DNA of 56,566 bases from Acidimicrobiales bacterium (lineage in GTDB: Bacteria; Actinomycetota; Acidimicrobiia; Acidimicrobiales; CADCSY01). Below, piece by piece: positions 8,998 to 18,971 of the stretch (the first letter of the stretch is position 1; each line of letters begins with the position of its first letter). The translations under genes and the position numbers were made by a program. The notes under the pieces were generated by a model. It saw only the letters and a program-made list of their open reading frames with translations, did not search any database and had not been told where the DNA came from. The DNA is taken from NCBI GenBank assembly GCA_038255685.1, contig JBBSLC010000001.1, positions 1 through 56,566 on the forward strand, written 5' to 3'.

Positions 8998-10197
8998 ATG
9001 AGCACCGACTGGTCGACTGACTTCGACATCCTGGACCCGAGCTACGTCGACGACCCGGCTGAGGTGTGGGCCGAGCTGCGCGACGGGTGCCCCATCGCCC
9101 GCACCGAGCGCCGCGGGCCCACGTGGCTCCCGGTGCTGTACGACGACATCACGGCGATCGCGCACGACGTCGAACACTTCTCGTCTCGGGACATCTCGGT
9201 CATCACCCCGGGCAGGGAGCTGGACCCGACCGCCACGATCATGCTCGAGGCGCCCCCGATCACCTCCGATCCCCCGGTGCACACCTGGGCCCGGCGCCTG
9301 CTCCTCCCCGCCTTCGCCCCGAGCGCCGTCGATGCCATGACGCCCGTGACCCGGGTGCTGGCCAACGACCTCATCGACGGGTTCCTCGAAAGCGGCGAGG
9401 CCGACGCCGCCACGGGGTACGCGCAGCACATCCCCGTGCGCGTCATCGCCCAGATGCTGGGGATCCCACCCGAGGACGAGGCCGTCTTCACCGGGTGGGC
9501 GGTCAGGATCATCCAGGAGGGCCTCACCGACATCGAGAAGGCCACCGATGCGGTGATGGAGCTCATCGGCTACTTCAGCGAGCGCACCGAAGAGCGCCGG
9601 GCGGTGCCGGCCGGCGACCGACCCGACGACGTCATCACGCTGCTCGTCGAGGCGCTGGTCGACGGCGCCCCCCTGACGGAGCGGCACGTGATCGGCTCCT
9701 GCTTCCTGCTCCTCCTGGCCGGCATCGACACGACCTGGAGCGCCATCGGATCCGGCCTCTGGCACCTCGCCGCCCACCCCGAGGACCAGCGGCGACTCCG
9801 GGAGGAGCCCGACCTCATGCCGGTCGCGATCGAGGAGATCCTCCGCTTCTACAGCCCGGTCACCATGGCCCGCTACGTGAGCAGCGAGGTCGAGGTCGGC
9901 GGCTGCCCGATGCAGGTGGGCGACAAGGTCCTGATGAACTTCCCGGCCGCCAACCGTGACCCGGCCGTCTTCGACGACCCCGACGAGTTCGTCATCGACC
10001 GGGCCCGCAACCGCCATGTCGCGTTCGGCTCGGGCATCCACCGGTGCCTGGGGTCCAACCTGGCCCGCATGGAGCTGCGGGTGGCGATCGAGGAATGGCT
10101 AGACCGGGTGCCCACCTTCGAGCTGGCCGATCCCGACGCCGTCATCTGGACCGGCGGCCAGGTGCGCGGCCCCCGCCGCCTCCCCATCCGCTGGTAG
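8998..10197 (+). CDS. cytochrome P450 (paralog A)
   Basis: MSTDWSTDFDILDPSYV..., I-helix LLLAGIDTTWSAIGS, ExxR (EEILR), heme loop FGSGIHRCLGSNLARMELRV. ATG 8998 was chosen inside ORF 8905-10197. Confidence 0.9.
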   Translation: MSTDWSTDFDILDPSYVDDPAEVWAELRDGCPIARTERRGPTWLPVLYDDITAIAHDVEHFSSRDISVITPGRELDPTATIMLEAPPITSDPPVHTWARRLLLPAFAPSAVDAMTPVTRVLANDLIDGFLESGEADAATGYAQHIPVRVIAQMLGIPPEDEAVFTGWAVRIIQEGLTDIEKATDAVMELIGYFSERTEERRAVPAGDRPDDVITLLVEALVDGAPLTERHVIGSCFLLLLAGIDTTWSAIGSGLWHLAAHPEDQRRLREEPDLMPVAIEEILRFYSPVTMARYVSSEVEVGGCPMQVGDKVLMNFPAANRDPAVFDDPDEFVIDRARNRHVAFGSGIHRCLGSNLARMELRVAIEEWLDRVPTFELADPDAVIWTGGQVRGPRRLPIRW

Positions 10198-10204
10198 CCG
10201 CTTC

Positions 10205-10225
10205 CACACCGTCGAACCGGGTGTG
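10205..10225. terminator. hairpin CACACC-N9-GGTGTG between the convergent P450-A and ACAD
   Basis: 6-bp stem in the 35-nt convergent gap. Weak. Confidence 0.25.
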
Positions 10226-10232
10226 AGGCAGC

Positions 10233-11378
10233 TCACGGCGCTGCCTCTCGGCCGAGGAGCTGGCGGGCGACCACGAGCTTGGCGATCTGGGCGGTCCCGT
10301 CACCGATCTCCAGCCCGATGATGTCGCGCATCCGCTGCCCGGCGGGGATCTCATCCGAGAAGCCGACGTGCCCGAACGTGAGGAGCGCTTGGTGCGCTGC
10401 CTCGACCGAGATCTTCGGCGCCCACCACTTCGCCATGTTGGCCTCCACCGTGTGGTCGAGCCCCTCGTCCTTGCGCCACAACGCCTCATAGCAGACATGA
10501 CGGGCGCCTCGCAGGTAGGTGGCGTGCTCCACGAGCGGGAACGAGAGGCCCTGGAACTTGCCGATCGGCTGCCCGAAGGCAGAGCGCTCCCTCGCATAGG
10601 CGAGCGCCTCGTCGATCGACGCCTGTGCGGCGGCGACGCACATCAGCCCGATCAGCGCCCGGGAGTAGTCGAAGCCCTTCATGACCTGGACGAAGCCGAG
10701 CCCCTCGCCTCCGAGCACCGCGTCGGCGGGCACGGGATGGCCGTCGAAGTGCACTGACGCCCGCCCGATCGAGCGATTGCCGAGGTCGGACAATGCCGAC
10801 CGGGAGAGGTACCTGTCGTCGAGGTCGACGTAGAAGGCACTGACGCCACGTGCACCATCGCCCCCCGTCCTGGCGAAGACGACACCGGTGTGGGCGTACA
10901 TGCCGAGCGTGATCGACGTCTTCTCACCGGTGAGCCGCCAACCCGTGCCGTCCCGCTCGGCCCGCATCCCGAGGTGCGCGGCGTCGGAGCCCCGCTCGGG
11001 CTCGGTGAGGAACAGCGACGGGATGACCTCGCCGGCGGCGATCCGCGACAGCCACCTGGCCTTCTGGTCGTCGGTCCCGCTGGCGGCGACGATCTCGGCG
11101 ACCAGGGCAGCGTTCAGGACGAGGTAGCACGCGTTGAAGTCAGCGGCAGCCACCTCCTCGCACGCCACGCCAGCGGTCACCGCGCCCGCCCCCTGACCGC
11201 CATAGGCCTCGGGTACCCGCAGCCCCATCAGGCCCATCGACGCGAGGTCGCCGAGCACCTCGGGGCGCAGCTTCCCCGTCCTGTCGTCCGACTGGTAGTG
11301 CGGCGCCAGCTTCTTGGCGGCGAAGCTGCGCACCTCGTGCCGGAACGCCTCCTGCTCTTCTTCCAGATCGAACCTCAT
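10233..11378 (-). CDS. acyl-CoA dehydrogenase
   Basis: MRFDLEEEQEAFRHEVRSFAAKKLAP..., LFLTEPERGSDA, WRLTGEKTSITLG, C-terminal IGDGTAQIAKLVVARQLLG. ATGA overlap with the ligase stop. Confidence 0.9.
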   Translation of the reverse strand: MRFDLEEEQEAFRHEVRSFAAKKLAPHYQSDDRTGKLRPEVLGDLASMGLMGLRVPEAYGGQGAGAVTAGVACEEVAAADFNACYLVLNAALVAEIVAASGTDDQKARWLSRIAAGEVIPSLFLTEPERGSDAAHLGMRAERDGTGWRLTGEKTSITLGMYAHTGVVFARTGGDGARGVSAFYVDLDDRYLSRSALSDLGNRSIGRASVHFDGHPVPADAVLGGEGLGFVQVMKGFDYSRALIGLMCVAAAQASIDEALAYARERSAFGQPIGKFQGLSFPLVEHATYLRGARHVCYEALWRKDEGLDHTVEANMAKWWAPKISVEAAHQALLTFGHVGFSDEIPAGQRMRDIIGLEIGDGTAQIAKLVVARQLLGREAAP

Positions 11379-13033
11379 CGGGCTCCCCCCTCGACCAGCT
11401 GCTCGCGCACACGGAACTTCTGGATCTTCCCTGACGGGGTCTTGGGCAGCTCGTCGACGATCTCGAGCCGTTCGGGCCAGAAGTGCTTCGCCATCCCCTC
11501 AGCCCTGAGGTGCTCGGTGAGGTCGGAGAGATCAGGGGGCTCTCCCTCGGCGACGATGACGGCGCAGGCACGCTCACCGAGCCGGTCGTCGGCGAAGCCG
11601 ACGACCGCGACCTCCCGGATCCGAGGATGGCGATACAGCGCCGCTTCCACCTCCACGACGGGGATGTTCTCCCCGCCCCGGATGACGATGTCCTTGCTAC
11701 GACCTGCGATCCGGATCGCCCCACGCCCATCCATGCGAGCGAGGTCCCCCGTGTCGAAGAAGCCGTCCGCGCTCACCGCCGCCTGGTAGACATCGGATCG
11801 TTTGAAGTAACCGATGCACTGGGCGGCACCGCGCACCACGAGGCGCCCCACCTCGTCGCGCGGGAGCTCTCGCCCGTCGTCATCCACCACTCGCAGGTCC
11901 ATCCACGGGGCCGGGGTCCCGTCACTCGACGCCGCCGTGTCAGGAGGGTCCTCCGGGCGGGTGAGGGTCGCCGCGCCGTTCTCCGTCATCCCCCAGATGG
12001 CAGTCAGCTGCGTCCCCAGGTGCTCGCGCGCCGCAGCCACGAGGTGGGGCGGGATGGGGGCGCCGGCCGAGGCGAACGACCGCAGCGTGGACGTGTCGTG
12101 GCCTCCCTCACGAGCGGCGGCGACGGCATCGAGCACGAACGGGGTCGCTCCCATCGTCCAGGTGACCCCTTCGTCGGCGACGAGGTCGAGCATGGTCCTG
12201 GCATCCCAGACGTCCTGGTAGACGACCTTCATGCCGAGCGAGGTCGGCATCAGGCAGCCGTAGAGGTAGCCGGTCTGGTGCGCCATGGTGGACGCCATCA
12301 GGACCACGTCCCGGTGGTCGAGTCCGAGCGCCTCGGGGACCGAGCGCATGCCGGCGTAGAGCGTGTTGTGCGTGTGCATGACGCCCTTCGGCTCACCAGT
12401 GGTGCCGGAGGTGAACTGGATCTGCGCGAGCGAGTCGGCGTCGGGCGCCAGCGCGTCGAGCTCGGTGGCCTCATGACGCTGCTCCCAGCGGACATCGACG
12501 AAGTGGGCGTCGAAGCTCTCGGTGCCCGCGGCGACGTCGGCGCCGATGACGAAGGCGTGCTCGAGCGTCGGCACCGCCCCACGGAGCTCGCCGAGCATCT
12601 GACCGTGGGCGAACCCGCGGAAGTGGTCGGGCACCACGCACACCTTGCTCTCGACCCGCTCCAGGATGAAGCCGACCTCGCGGCGGCGCAAGATCGGGAT
12701 GATGGCGTTGGTCACCGCCCCGATGCGGTTGCACGCGAGCGTCAGCGCGGTGAACTGCCACCAGTTCGGCAGCTGGAACGAGACGACCTCACCGGACCGG
12801 ACACCGAGCTCGAGCAGGGCGCCGGCGAAGCGGTCCACGAGGCGGTCGAGCTGACGGAACGTCAGCGTGTCGGTCCCCGGGACGCCCTCCCGGTGCGATA
12901 CCACCGCTGCCTTGTCGGGCGTGCGACGGGCGACGTCGCGGAAGTCGTCGATGGCGGTGTGGTCCCGCCACCACCCTTCGGCACGGTAGCGCTGCTCGAC
13001 CTCGGTCGGTGCCTGGTCTCCGATCCCGTCCAT
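11375..13033 (-). CDS. AMP-dependent acyl-CoA ligase (AliA-like)
   Basis: GAGGAG RBS then ATG 13033. FTSGTTGEPKGVMHTHNT, FFDTGDLARMD, LPKTPSGKIQKFRVRE. Confidence 0.88.
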   Translation of the reverse strand: MDGIGDQAPTEVEQRYRAEGWWRDHTAIDDFRDVARRTPDKAAVVSHREGVPGTDTLTFRQLDRLVDRFAGALLELGVRSGEVVSFQLPNWWQFTALTLACNRIGAVTNAIIPILRRREVGFILERVESKVCVVPDHFRGFAHGQMLGELRGAVPTLEHAFVIGADVAAGTESFDAHFVDVRWEQRHEATELDALAPDADSLAQIQFTSGTTGEPKGVMHTHNTLYAGMRSVPEALGLDHRDVVLMASTMAHQTGYLYGCLMPTSLGMKVVYQDVWDARTMLDLVADEGVTWTMGATPFVLDAVAAAREGGHDTSTLRSFASAGAPIPPHLVAAAREHLGTQLTAIWGMTENGAATLTRPEDPPDTAASSDGTPAPWMDLRVVDDDGRELPRDEVGRLVVRGAAQCIGYFKRSDVYQAAVSADGFFDTGDLARMDGRGAIRIAGRSKDIVIRGGENIPVVEVEAALYRHPRIREVAVVGFADDRLGERACAVIVAEGEPPDLSDLTEHLRAEGMAKHFWPERLEIVDELPKTPSGKIQKFRVREQLVEGGAR

Positions 13034-13053
13034 GCGCAGATCTCCTCTCGTGG

Positions 13054-13815
13054 TCAACGGGCACTCGCCCCGCCGTCGATGACGATGTTCGCCCCCGTGA
13101 AGAACGCTGCTGCGGGGGAGGCGAGGTAGCAGACGAGCGCGGCCAGCTCCTCGGGGCGCCCGACCCGTCGCGCCGGGATGCCGCGCAGGATGTGGGGAGC
13201 GATCTCGGGGTCGGCGAGCGCTGCAGCGTTCAGGTCGGTTGCGAAGTGGCCTGGAGCCACGGCGTTCACCTGGATGCCGTGCTTCGCCCACTCCACCGCC
13301 AGCGCCCGGCTGAAGGAGATGACGGCACCCTTGCTCGCGGCGTAGGCGGCGAAGCCCGAGACGCCCATGACGGCGAAGTTGGACGCCACGTTGATCACCC
13401 GGCCGCCGTCGCCGCTGGCGATCATCCTGCGACCCGCCGCCCGGCAGCACAGGAAGGTGCCCCGCAGGTTCGTGTCGACGATCCTGTCCCACTCCTCGTC
13501 GTCGAGCTCGACGAGTGGACCTTCCGCTGCCACGCCGGCGTTGTTGACCAGGATCCCCACGCCACCGAACGTCGCCTCCGCCCGCTCGAACAGGGCTTCG
13601 ACGGCCGACGCGTCCCGCACGTCGGTCGGCACGGTGAGAACGGCACCCCCGTTCGCCTCGACCTCCTCTGCGACCTCTGCAAGCTCGGTGGGGCGGCGGG
13701 CGGCGATGACGACCCGGTGACCATCCGCGGCGAGCCCGAGGGCGATGGCACGGCCGAGCCCCCTCCCGGCACCGGTGACGACCGCCGTGGTCCCCTCGGG
13801 GCGCTCCCCCCTCAC
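13054..13815 (-). CDS. SDR family oxidoreductase (FabG-like)
   Basis: AVVTGAGRGLGRAIA, NNAG, YAASKGA, and the PG motif. Confidence 0.9.
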   Translation of the reverse strand: MRGERPEGTTAVVTGAGRGLGRAIALGLAADGHRVVIAARRPTELAEVAEEVEANGGAVLTVPTDVRDASAVEALFERAEATFGGVGILVNNAGVAAEGPLVELDDEEWDRIVDTNLRGTFLCCRAAGRRMIASGDGGRVINVASNFAVMGVSGFAAYAASKGAVISFSRALAVEWAKHGIQVNAVAPGHFATDLNAAALADPEIAPHILRGIPARRVGRPEELAALVCYLASPAAAFFTGANIVIDGGASAR

Positions 13816-13822
13816 GGGTTGC

Positions 13823-14620
13823 TCATCCCAGGTGTGCAGCGAAGTCAGGCGCGCGCTTCTCGGCGAACGCTGCTGCGCCCTCCTTGCCCTCCGGTGTGGC
13901 CACGAAGAGGCCGAGCGCCGCGGTGGCCATGTTGGCGAGGCCGGCCTGATGCTCGGTGTCGGTGTTGAAGGAGTACTTGAGGAACTTGATGGCGGTGGGG
14001 CTCTTGTCGGCGATGTCGCTCGCCCACGCCCTCGCCTCGTCCATCAAGGCATCCGCCGGCACCACTGCGTTCACGAGACCCCACCGCTCAGCGGTCACGG
14101 CGTCGTACTGGCGGCACAGGTACCAGATCTCGCGCGCCCGCTTCTCTCCCACGACCCGGGCCAGGTAGGTCGACCCGAATCCGGCGTCGAAGGAGCCCAC
14201 CCTGGGCCCGGCCTGGCCGAAGCGGGCGGTGTCGGCCGCGATCGTGAGATCGCACAGCACGTGGAACACGTGACCCCCGCCGATCGCGACCCCGTTCACC
14301 GCCGCGATGACGGGCTTGGGGATGTCACGGATGAGCTTGTGGAAGTAGTCGACCTCGAAGATGCCGCTCTCCGTCGGCCCGTAGTCACCGGTCTCGGCAC
14401 GCTGCTTGACGTCGCCTCCCGAACAGAAGGCCTTGTCACCGGCTCCCGTGAGGATCACGCACCGCACCGCGTCGTCCGCCCAGCACTGACGGAACGCGCT
14501 GATGAGCTCGTCGATGGTCCGGCCCCGGAACGCGTTGTAGCGCTCCGGCCGGTTGATCGTCACCGTGGCGATCGGTCCCTCCACCTCGAAGAGGATGTCC
14601 TGGTAGTCCTGCTGGTCCAT
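13823..14620 (-). CDS. MenB/BadI-type crotonase (candidate 2-ketoacyl-CoA ring hydrolase)
   Basis: AFCSGGDVKQ, GQAGPRVGSFDAGFGSTYLARVVGEKRAREIWYLCRQYDA, FNTDTEHQAG, EKRAPDF. These blocks are characteristic of the MenB/BadI branch of the crotonase superfamily. Confidence 0.82.
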   Translation of the reverse strand: MDQQDYQDILFEVEGPIATVTINRPERYNAFRGRTIDELISAFRQCWADDAVRCVILTGAGDKAFCSGGDVKQRAETGDYGPTESGIFEVDYFHKLIRDIPKPVIAAVNGVAIGGGHVFHVLCDLTIAADTARFGQAGPRVGSFDAGFGSTYLARVVGEKRAREIWYLCRQYDAVTAERWGLVNAVVPADALMDEARAWASDIADKSPTAIKFLKYSFNTDTEHQAGLANMATAALGLFVATPEGKEGAAAFAEKRAPDFAAHLG

Positions 14621-14663
14621 GTCCCTGTGCTCCTGTCGTCGTGGGTGGTCGAGTCCGCTCCGG

Positions 14664-15416
14664 TCAACCGTTCATCGTGAGCCCGCCGCTCACGCTCAGG
14701 GTCTGACCGGTGATGAACGAGGCCCGATCCGAGGCGAAGAAGGCGATCGCGTTGGCGATGTCCTGCGCCTGGCCGAGCCGGCGGAACGGGATGGCCCGCA
14801 CGAGCGCCTCGCGCATGCGCTCCGGTTGCTGGGCGAACAGCGGCGTGTCGGTCGGCCCCGGGCACACGCAGTTCACGTTGATCTGGTACCGAGCCATCTC
14901 GCGGGCGAGGGACTTGGTGAACGCGATCACCCCGCCCTTCGCGCCGGCGTAGACGGTCTCGCCCGTGCTGCCCACGCGACCGGCGTCACTCGCGACGTTG
15001 ACGATCCGCCCGCCTGCGTCATTCGAGATCATCCCGTCGAGGAAGGCCCGCGTCACCGTGATGGGGCCCATCAGGTTGAGGGCGATGACCTTGTCCCAAT
15101 AGGGCCTGTCATTTTCGAGGAACGGCTGGATGATGTCCCACCCGGCGACGTTGGCGACGATCGTGGCGACACCGAGGTCGGCGCTCACCGCGGCCCGCAG
15201 CTCGTCCACGGCCTCGGGTTCGGTCACGTCGACGAAGAACGCCTGACCCCTCCCCCCTCGCTCGTCGATCGTCGTTGCCGTCTCGCGGGCGGCCTCGAGG
15301 TTCACGTCGGCCACGGCGACGGTGGCACCAGCTTCGGCGAGGGTTTCGGCTGTCGACCTCCCGATGCCGGAGCCCGCCCCCGTGACCACGGCGATCTTCC
15401 CGTTCAGATCGATCAT
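14664..15416 (-). CDS. BadH-like SDR (candidate 2-hydroxyacyl-CoA dehydrogenase)
   Basis: IAVVTGAGSGIGR, NVAGWDIIQPF, IVNVASDAGRVGS, YAGAKGG, CVCPGPTDTPL, ITGQTLSVSGGLTMNG*. Confidence 0.86.
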   Translation of the reverse strand: MIDLNGKIAVVTGAGSGIGRSTAETLAEAGATVAVADVNLEAARETATTIDERGGRGQAFFVDVTEPEAVDELRAAVSADLGVATIVANVAGWDIIQPFLENDRPYWDKVIALNLMGPITVTRAFLDGMISNDAGGRIVNVASDAGRVGSTGETVYAGAKGGVIAFTKSLAREMARYQINVNCVCPGPTDTPLFAQQPERMREALVRAIPFRRLGQAQDIANAIAFFASDRASFITGQTLSVSGGLTMNG

Positions 15417-16210
15417 CTCATCGCTCCTGTCGTGTGCCTGGGCGATTCGCCCGGACGGGTGGGGGACTTCCTCTCAGCCAGGAAGGCTCTGACGAGCTCG
15501 CGTGCCTCGGCGGTACCGAGGAGAGCTCGGGTCGCGTCGATCTCCATCCGGAACCCGTCTGCTCCGGTGCCCGCGGCAGCGATGCAGCGCTTCGTCGCTG
15601 CGACCGCAGGGGCGGCGGCAGCGACGAGCTGGGTCGTGAGCCGCTCGGCGAACGACTCGAGCTCTGCGGCGGGCAGGGACCAGTGCACGATCCCGAGGCG
15701 CTGAGCCTCGTCGCCGTCCACGAGCTCGGCGCCCAGGATGAGCCTCAGGGCTGTCGCCCGCCCCGCGATCGTCGTCAGCCGCTGCGTGCCACCGGCGCCG
15801 GGGATGAGGCCGATCGCGACCTCCGGCAGGCCGAGACGAGCGTCACTGGTCGCGATCCGGAGATCGCACGCGAGGGCAAGCTCGAGACCACCACCGGTCG
15901 CGGCGCCCGTGATGAGCGCGACGCTCACGACAGGCAGCGCCTCGAGCCGCGCGTAGACCCCCTGCATGCGCGTGGTGAACGCCACCATTCGCTCCTGATC
16001 GGCGAAGCGCTCGGCGATCATGGCGATGTCCGCCCCGGCGGAGAACATGCGTCCCCCGCTCCTGACGAGCACCACCCGCAGCGCTCCGCCGGTGCCGAGC
16101 TGGTCTACGATCTCCTCGAGTCGATCGAGCTGGGCCTCGTCGAAGGCATTGGCGGGCGCGCGGTCCAAGGTCACGGTGGCGACGGGCCCTTCTCGCGTCA
16201 GGGTGATCAC
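15413..16210 (-). CDS. enoyl-CoA hydratase/isomerase family protein
   Basis: GTG 16210 directly abuts the upstream TAG. VATVTLDRAPANAFD, FSAGADI, ITGAATGGGLELALACD. Confidence 0.88.
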   Translation of the reverse strand: MITLTREGPVATVTLDRAPANAFDEAQLDRLEEIVDQLGTGGALRVVLVRSGGRMFSAGADIAMIAERFADQERMVAFTTRMQGVYARLEALPVVSVALITGAATGGGLELALACDLRIATSDARLGLPEVAIGLIPGAGGTQRLTTIAGRATALRLILGAELVDGDEAQRLGIVHWSLPAAELESFAERLTTQLVAAAAPAVAATKRCIAAAGTGADGFRMEIDATRALLGTAEARELVRAFLAERKSPTRPGESPRHTTGAMR

Positions 16211-17476
16211 CTAGAGCACGCAGTCCGGGTTCGCCTCCGGCGCCACGAGCTCGGCGTCGCCGACGACGGTGATGTCGTACTCGAGGCCGACGTCGCCGGT
16301 CACGACCTGGCCGACGTAGTTCGGGCTCACCAGCTGGTGATCCTCGGCACGGACGGTCCCGGGCCCGAAGAGCGTCTCCACCTCGAGGCCGCTCAGCGTC
16401 TCGGCGACCGCCTCCGGCTCGATGCTCCCTGCCTCCTCGACGGCCTGGAAGAGCATCTGCATGCCGACGTAGGTCTCGCCTTCGAAGTTGGTCGGGAGGT
16501 CACCACCGTGGGCCTCGGACCACGCCGCCACGAACTCCTCGTTGGACGGAGTGTCGATGGTGTGGCTGTAGTTGACCGTGCCCCACACGCCCTCGAGGAC
16601 GTCGCCGACGGTCTTCATCGTGGCGTCGGTGACGAAGTTGTTGCCGATCACGACGTCCATCTCCTCGAGCAGGCCGAACTGTGCTGCCTGCTGGGCGAAG
16701 TTGTTGGCATCCCCACCTGAGAGCGACACCCAGAGGCCATCGGCGCCCGTCGCTTGCAGCTGGGCGATGTAGGACCCGAAGTCCGTGGTGCCGAGGGGAG
16801 AGAAGAGCGGCTCTGCCACCGTTCGGCCCTGAGCCTCAGCAGTCTCGGTGAACTTCGCCGAGGAGTCGAAACCCCACTCGTAGTCGGCGGCGAGCACCGC
16901 CCAGGACTGCTCAGGGCGCTCCTCGAGCCACGGGGCCACCACGTTCAGATCCATGCTGTCGTTCTTGTTCGCCCGGAACACGCGCGGGCTGCACGACTCG
17001 CCGGTCAGGACGTCTGTCTTGCTGACGGTCGCGATGTAGATCCCGTCGAGCTGCTCGATCCGGCCGGCCATGGCCAGGCTCTGGGATGAGGCCACCGTCC
17101 CCGTGATGAACGGCGCGTCCTCCTGCTGGATCGCCCGCTCCATCGCTGATACGGCTCCCTCGGGCGTGCCTTGGTCGTCGATCGTGACCATCTCGACCGG
17201 ACGTCCGTCGATACCTCCCGCCTCGTTCGCCTCCTCGACGGCGAAGGTGACCGCGCGCGTCGTCTGCTCGCCGATCACCGCGTACGGGCCCGTCTGCGAC
17301 GTGACCACACCGACCCGGATCGGCGCCGCGTCCGCCGATCCACCCGACTCGTCACCGCCGCCGCCGCCACTCGTGGCGTCGTCATCCCCGCCGCCGCCGC
17401 CACCCCCGCCGCACGCGCCCACCGCCAGCACCAATGCCAGCAGCACCGGCCTCATCGCTCCGACTGTTCCCATCAT
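16211..17476 (-). CDS. ABC transporter substrate-binding lipoprotein (Leu/Ile/Val-binding family fold)
   Basis: GAGGGGG RBS then ATGATG 17476. Signal peptide with lipobox LAVGAC, then a Gly/Asp/Ser linker, then IRVGVVTSQTGPYAVIGEQT...GGIDGRPVE. The rest of ORF 16211-18181 is an upstream artefact. Confidence 0.85.
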   Translation of the reverse strand: MMGTVGAMRPVLLALVLAVGACGGGGGGGGDDDATSGGGGGDESGGSADAAPIRVGVVTSQTGPYAVIGEQTTRAVTFAVEEANEAGGIDGRPVEMVTIDDQGTPEGAVSAMERAIQQEDAPFITGTVASSQSLAMAGRIEQLDGIYIATVSKTDVLTGESCSPRVFRANKNDSMDLNVVAPWLEERPEQSWAVLAADYEWGFDSSAKFTETAEAQGRTVAEPLFSPLGTTDFGSYIAQLQATGADGLWVSLSGGDANNFAQQAAQFGLLEEMDVVIGNNFVTDATMKTVGDVLEGVWGTVNYSHTIDTPSNEEFVAAWSEAHGGDLPTNFEGETYVGMQMLFQAVEEAGSIEPEAVAETLSGLEVETLFGPGTVRAEDHQLVSPNYVGQVVTGDVGLEYDITVVGDAELVAPEANPDCVL

Positions 17477-17574
17477 GTCCCCCTCGTTGTCTGGTGCATC
17501 TCTCATCCGCTCCACTTCTCGAGCCCGCTCGGAGCCCGCCTGTCCCTGCGCGTGCCACCCCCTCCGCCTCCTGG

Positions 17575-18273
17575 TCACACCGCCATGATCGAACGGAGCT
17601 CCTCGGTGCCCAGGCTGTCCACCGGTCCCTCGTGGACGATCCGACCCTTTGCCATGACGAGGCAGCGGTCGGCGAGCCGCTGGACCAGCCCGAGGTGCTG
17701 CTCGACGATGAGCAGCGACGTCCCGGCCTTGCGCAGCGACGCCAGCACTTCGGCGACCTGGTCGATGACCACGGGTGCGAGTCCCTCTGTCGGCTCGTCC
17801 AGGAGGATCACCCGCGGGTTGCCCATCAGCGCCCTTCCGATGGCGAGCATCTGCATCTGACCCCCGCTCAGCGCCGTCCCCGCTGCACTCGGGCGTTCTC
17901 CGAGCATGGGGAAGAGGGCGTACACGGCCTGCAGGTCCCAGGGGCCTCGGCGCTGGGGCGCTGCGCCGAGCAGCAGGTTCTCCTGGACGGTCAGGTTCGG
18001 GAGGATCCTCCGGCCCTGGGGGACGACGCTGACCCCCCGGCGCGCTGGTTCGTAGCCTCGGTGGCCGGTGAGCTCGTCCCCGTCCACCGAGACGCTCCCT
18101 GCCCGCAGCCTCGCGAGGCCGAGGACGGCGTTGATCGTCGTGGTCTTCCCGGCGCCGTTGCGCCCGAGCAGTGCGACGCACTCTCCCTCCTCGACGGTGA
18201 GGCTCACCCCGTCGACGACGAGCGAGCCGCCGTAGCCCGCCCGGACCTCCCGCAGCTCCAGGATCGGCGTCAT
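17575..18273 (-). CDS. ABC transporter ATP-binding protein (LivF-like)
   Basis: Walker A GRNGAGKTT, signature LSGGQMQML, Walker B ILLDEP. Confidence 0.9.
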   Translation of the reverse strand: MTPILELREVRAGYGGSLVVDGVSLTVEEGECVALLGRNGAGKTTTINAVLGLARLRAGSVSVDGDELTGHRGYEPARRGVSVVPQGRRILPNLTVQENLLLGAAPQRRGPWDLQAVYALFPMLGERPSAAGTALSGGQMQMLAIGRALMGNPRVILLDEPTEGLAPVVIDQVAEVLASLRKAGTSLLIVEQHLGLVQRLADRCLVMAKGRIVHEGPVDSLGTEELRSIMAV

Positions 18274-18971
18274 GCTGCCGACCCCAGGTACGCCTCGACG
18301 ACCCTCGGGTCGGCGCGGACGGCGAGCGGGTCGCCGTGGGCGAGGAGGCGCCCGAGGTGCAAGACGGTCAGGACGTCACACACCCGGAACACGACGTCAA
18401 GGTCGTGCTCGACCAGCAGCACGGTCACCTCACGCTCCTTCGCGAGCGCTGCGACGTGGTCGCCGAGCACCAGGCTCTCCTCGACGGAGAGGCCAGCGGT
18501 GGGCTCGTCGAGGAGCAGCACCCGTGGCCGGCCGAGGAGTGCGAGCGCGATGTCGACCCTGCGTTGGTCGCCGTAGGCGATGTCTGCGCAACGCTCATCG
18601 AGGAAGGCCTCCAGGCTCAGCAGCGCCACGATGGTGTCGAGATCCGTCTCGCCTGCCCGACGAGCGGCGAGGTCGAGCTGGTCGTGGACGGTGAGCGCTG
18701 GGAAGATGCTCGTCCGCTGGAACGATCGGCTGAGACCGGCGTGGCGGCGCCATCGGACCGAACGTCGGGTGACGTCCTCCCCATCGAGGAGCACGACGCC
18801 CTCCGATGGTCTGACGCCGCCTGAGAGCGCCTCCATGCAGGTCGACTTCCCGGCACCGTTGGGCCCGATGAGGCCGTGGACCAGGCCTGCCTCGACGACG
18901 AGGTCGAGGCGGTCGAGCGCCCGCACCCCCCCGTAGGCGCAGGTCAGGCCACGAGCCTCAAGCACGGCCAT
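18270..18971 (-). CDS. ABC transporter ATP-binding protein (LivG-like)
   Basis: Walker A GPNGAGKST, LLLDEPTAGL. ATGA overlap with the downstream ATPase. Confidence 0.9.
   Translation of the reverse strand: MAVLEARGLTCAYGGVRALDRLDLVVEAGLVHGLIGPNGAGKSTCMEALSGGVRPSEGVVLLDGEDVTRRSVRWRRHAGLSRSFQRTSIFPALTVHDQLDLAARRAGETDLDTIVALLSLEAFLDERCADIAYGDQRRVDIALALLGRPRVLLLDEPTAGLSVEESLVLGDHVAALAKEREVTVLLVEHDLDVVFRVCDVLTVLHLGRLLAHGDPLAVRADPRVVEAYLGSAA

Noticed and set aside
17330-17420. GCC/GGC-rich reiterated DNA that might be a VNTR or repeat element.
   Set aside because: It encodes the Gly/Asp/Ser linker that follows the lipobox cysteine of the binding lipoprotein. There is no unit periodicity beyond codon repetition.
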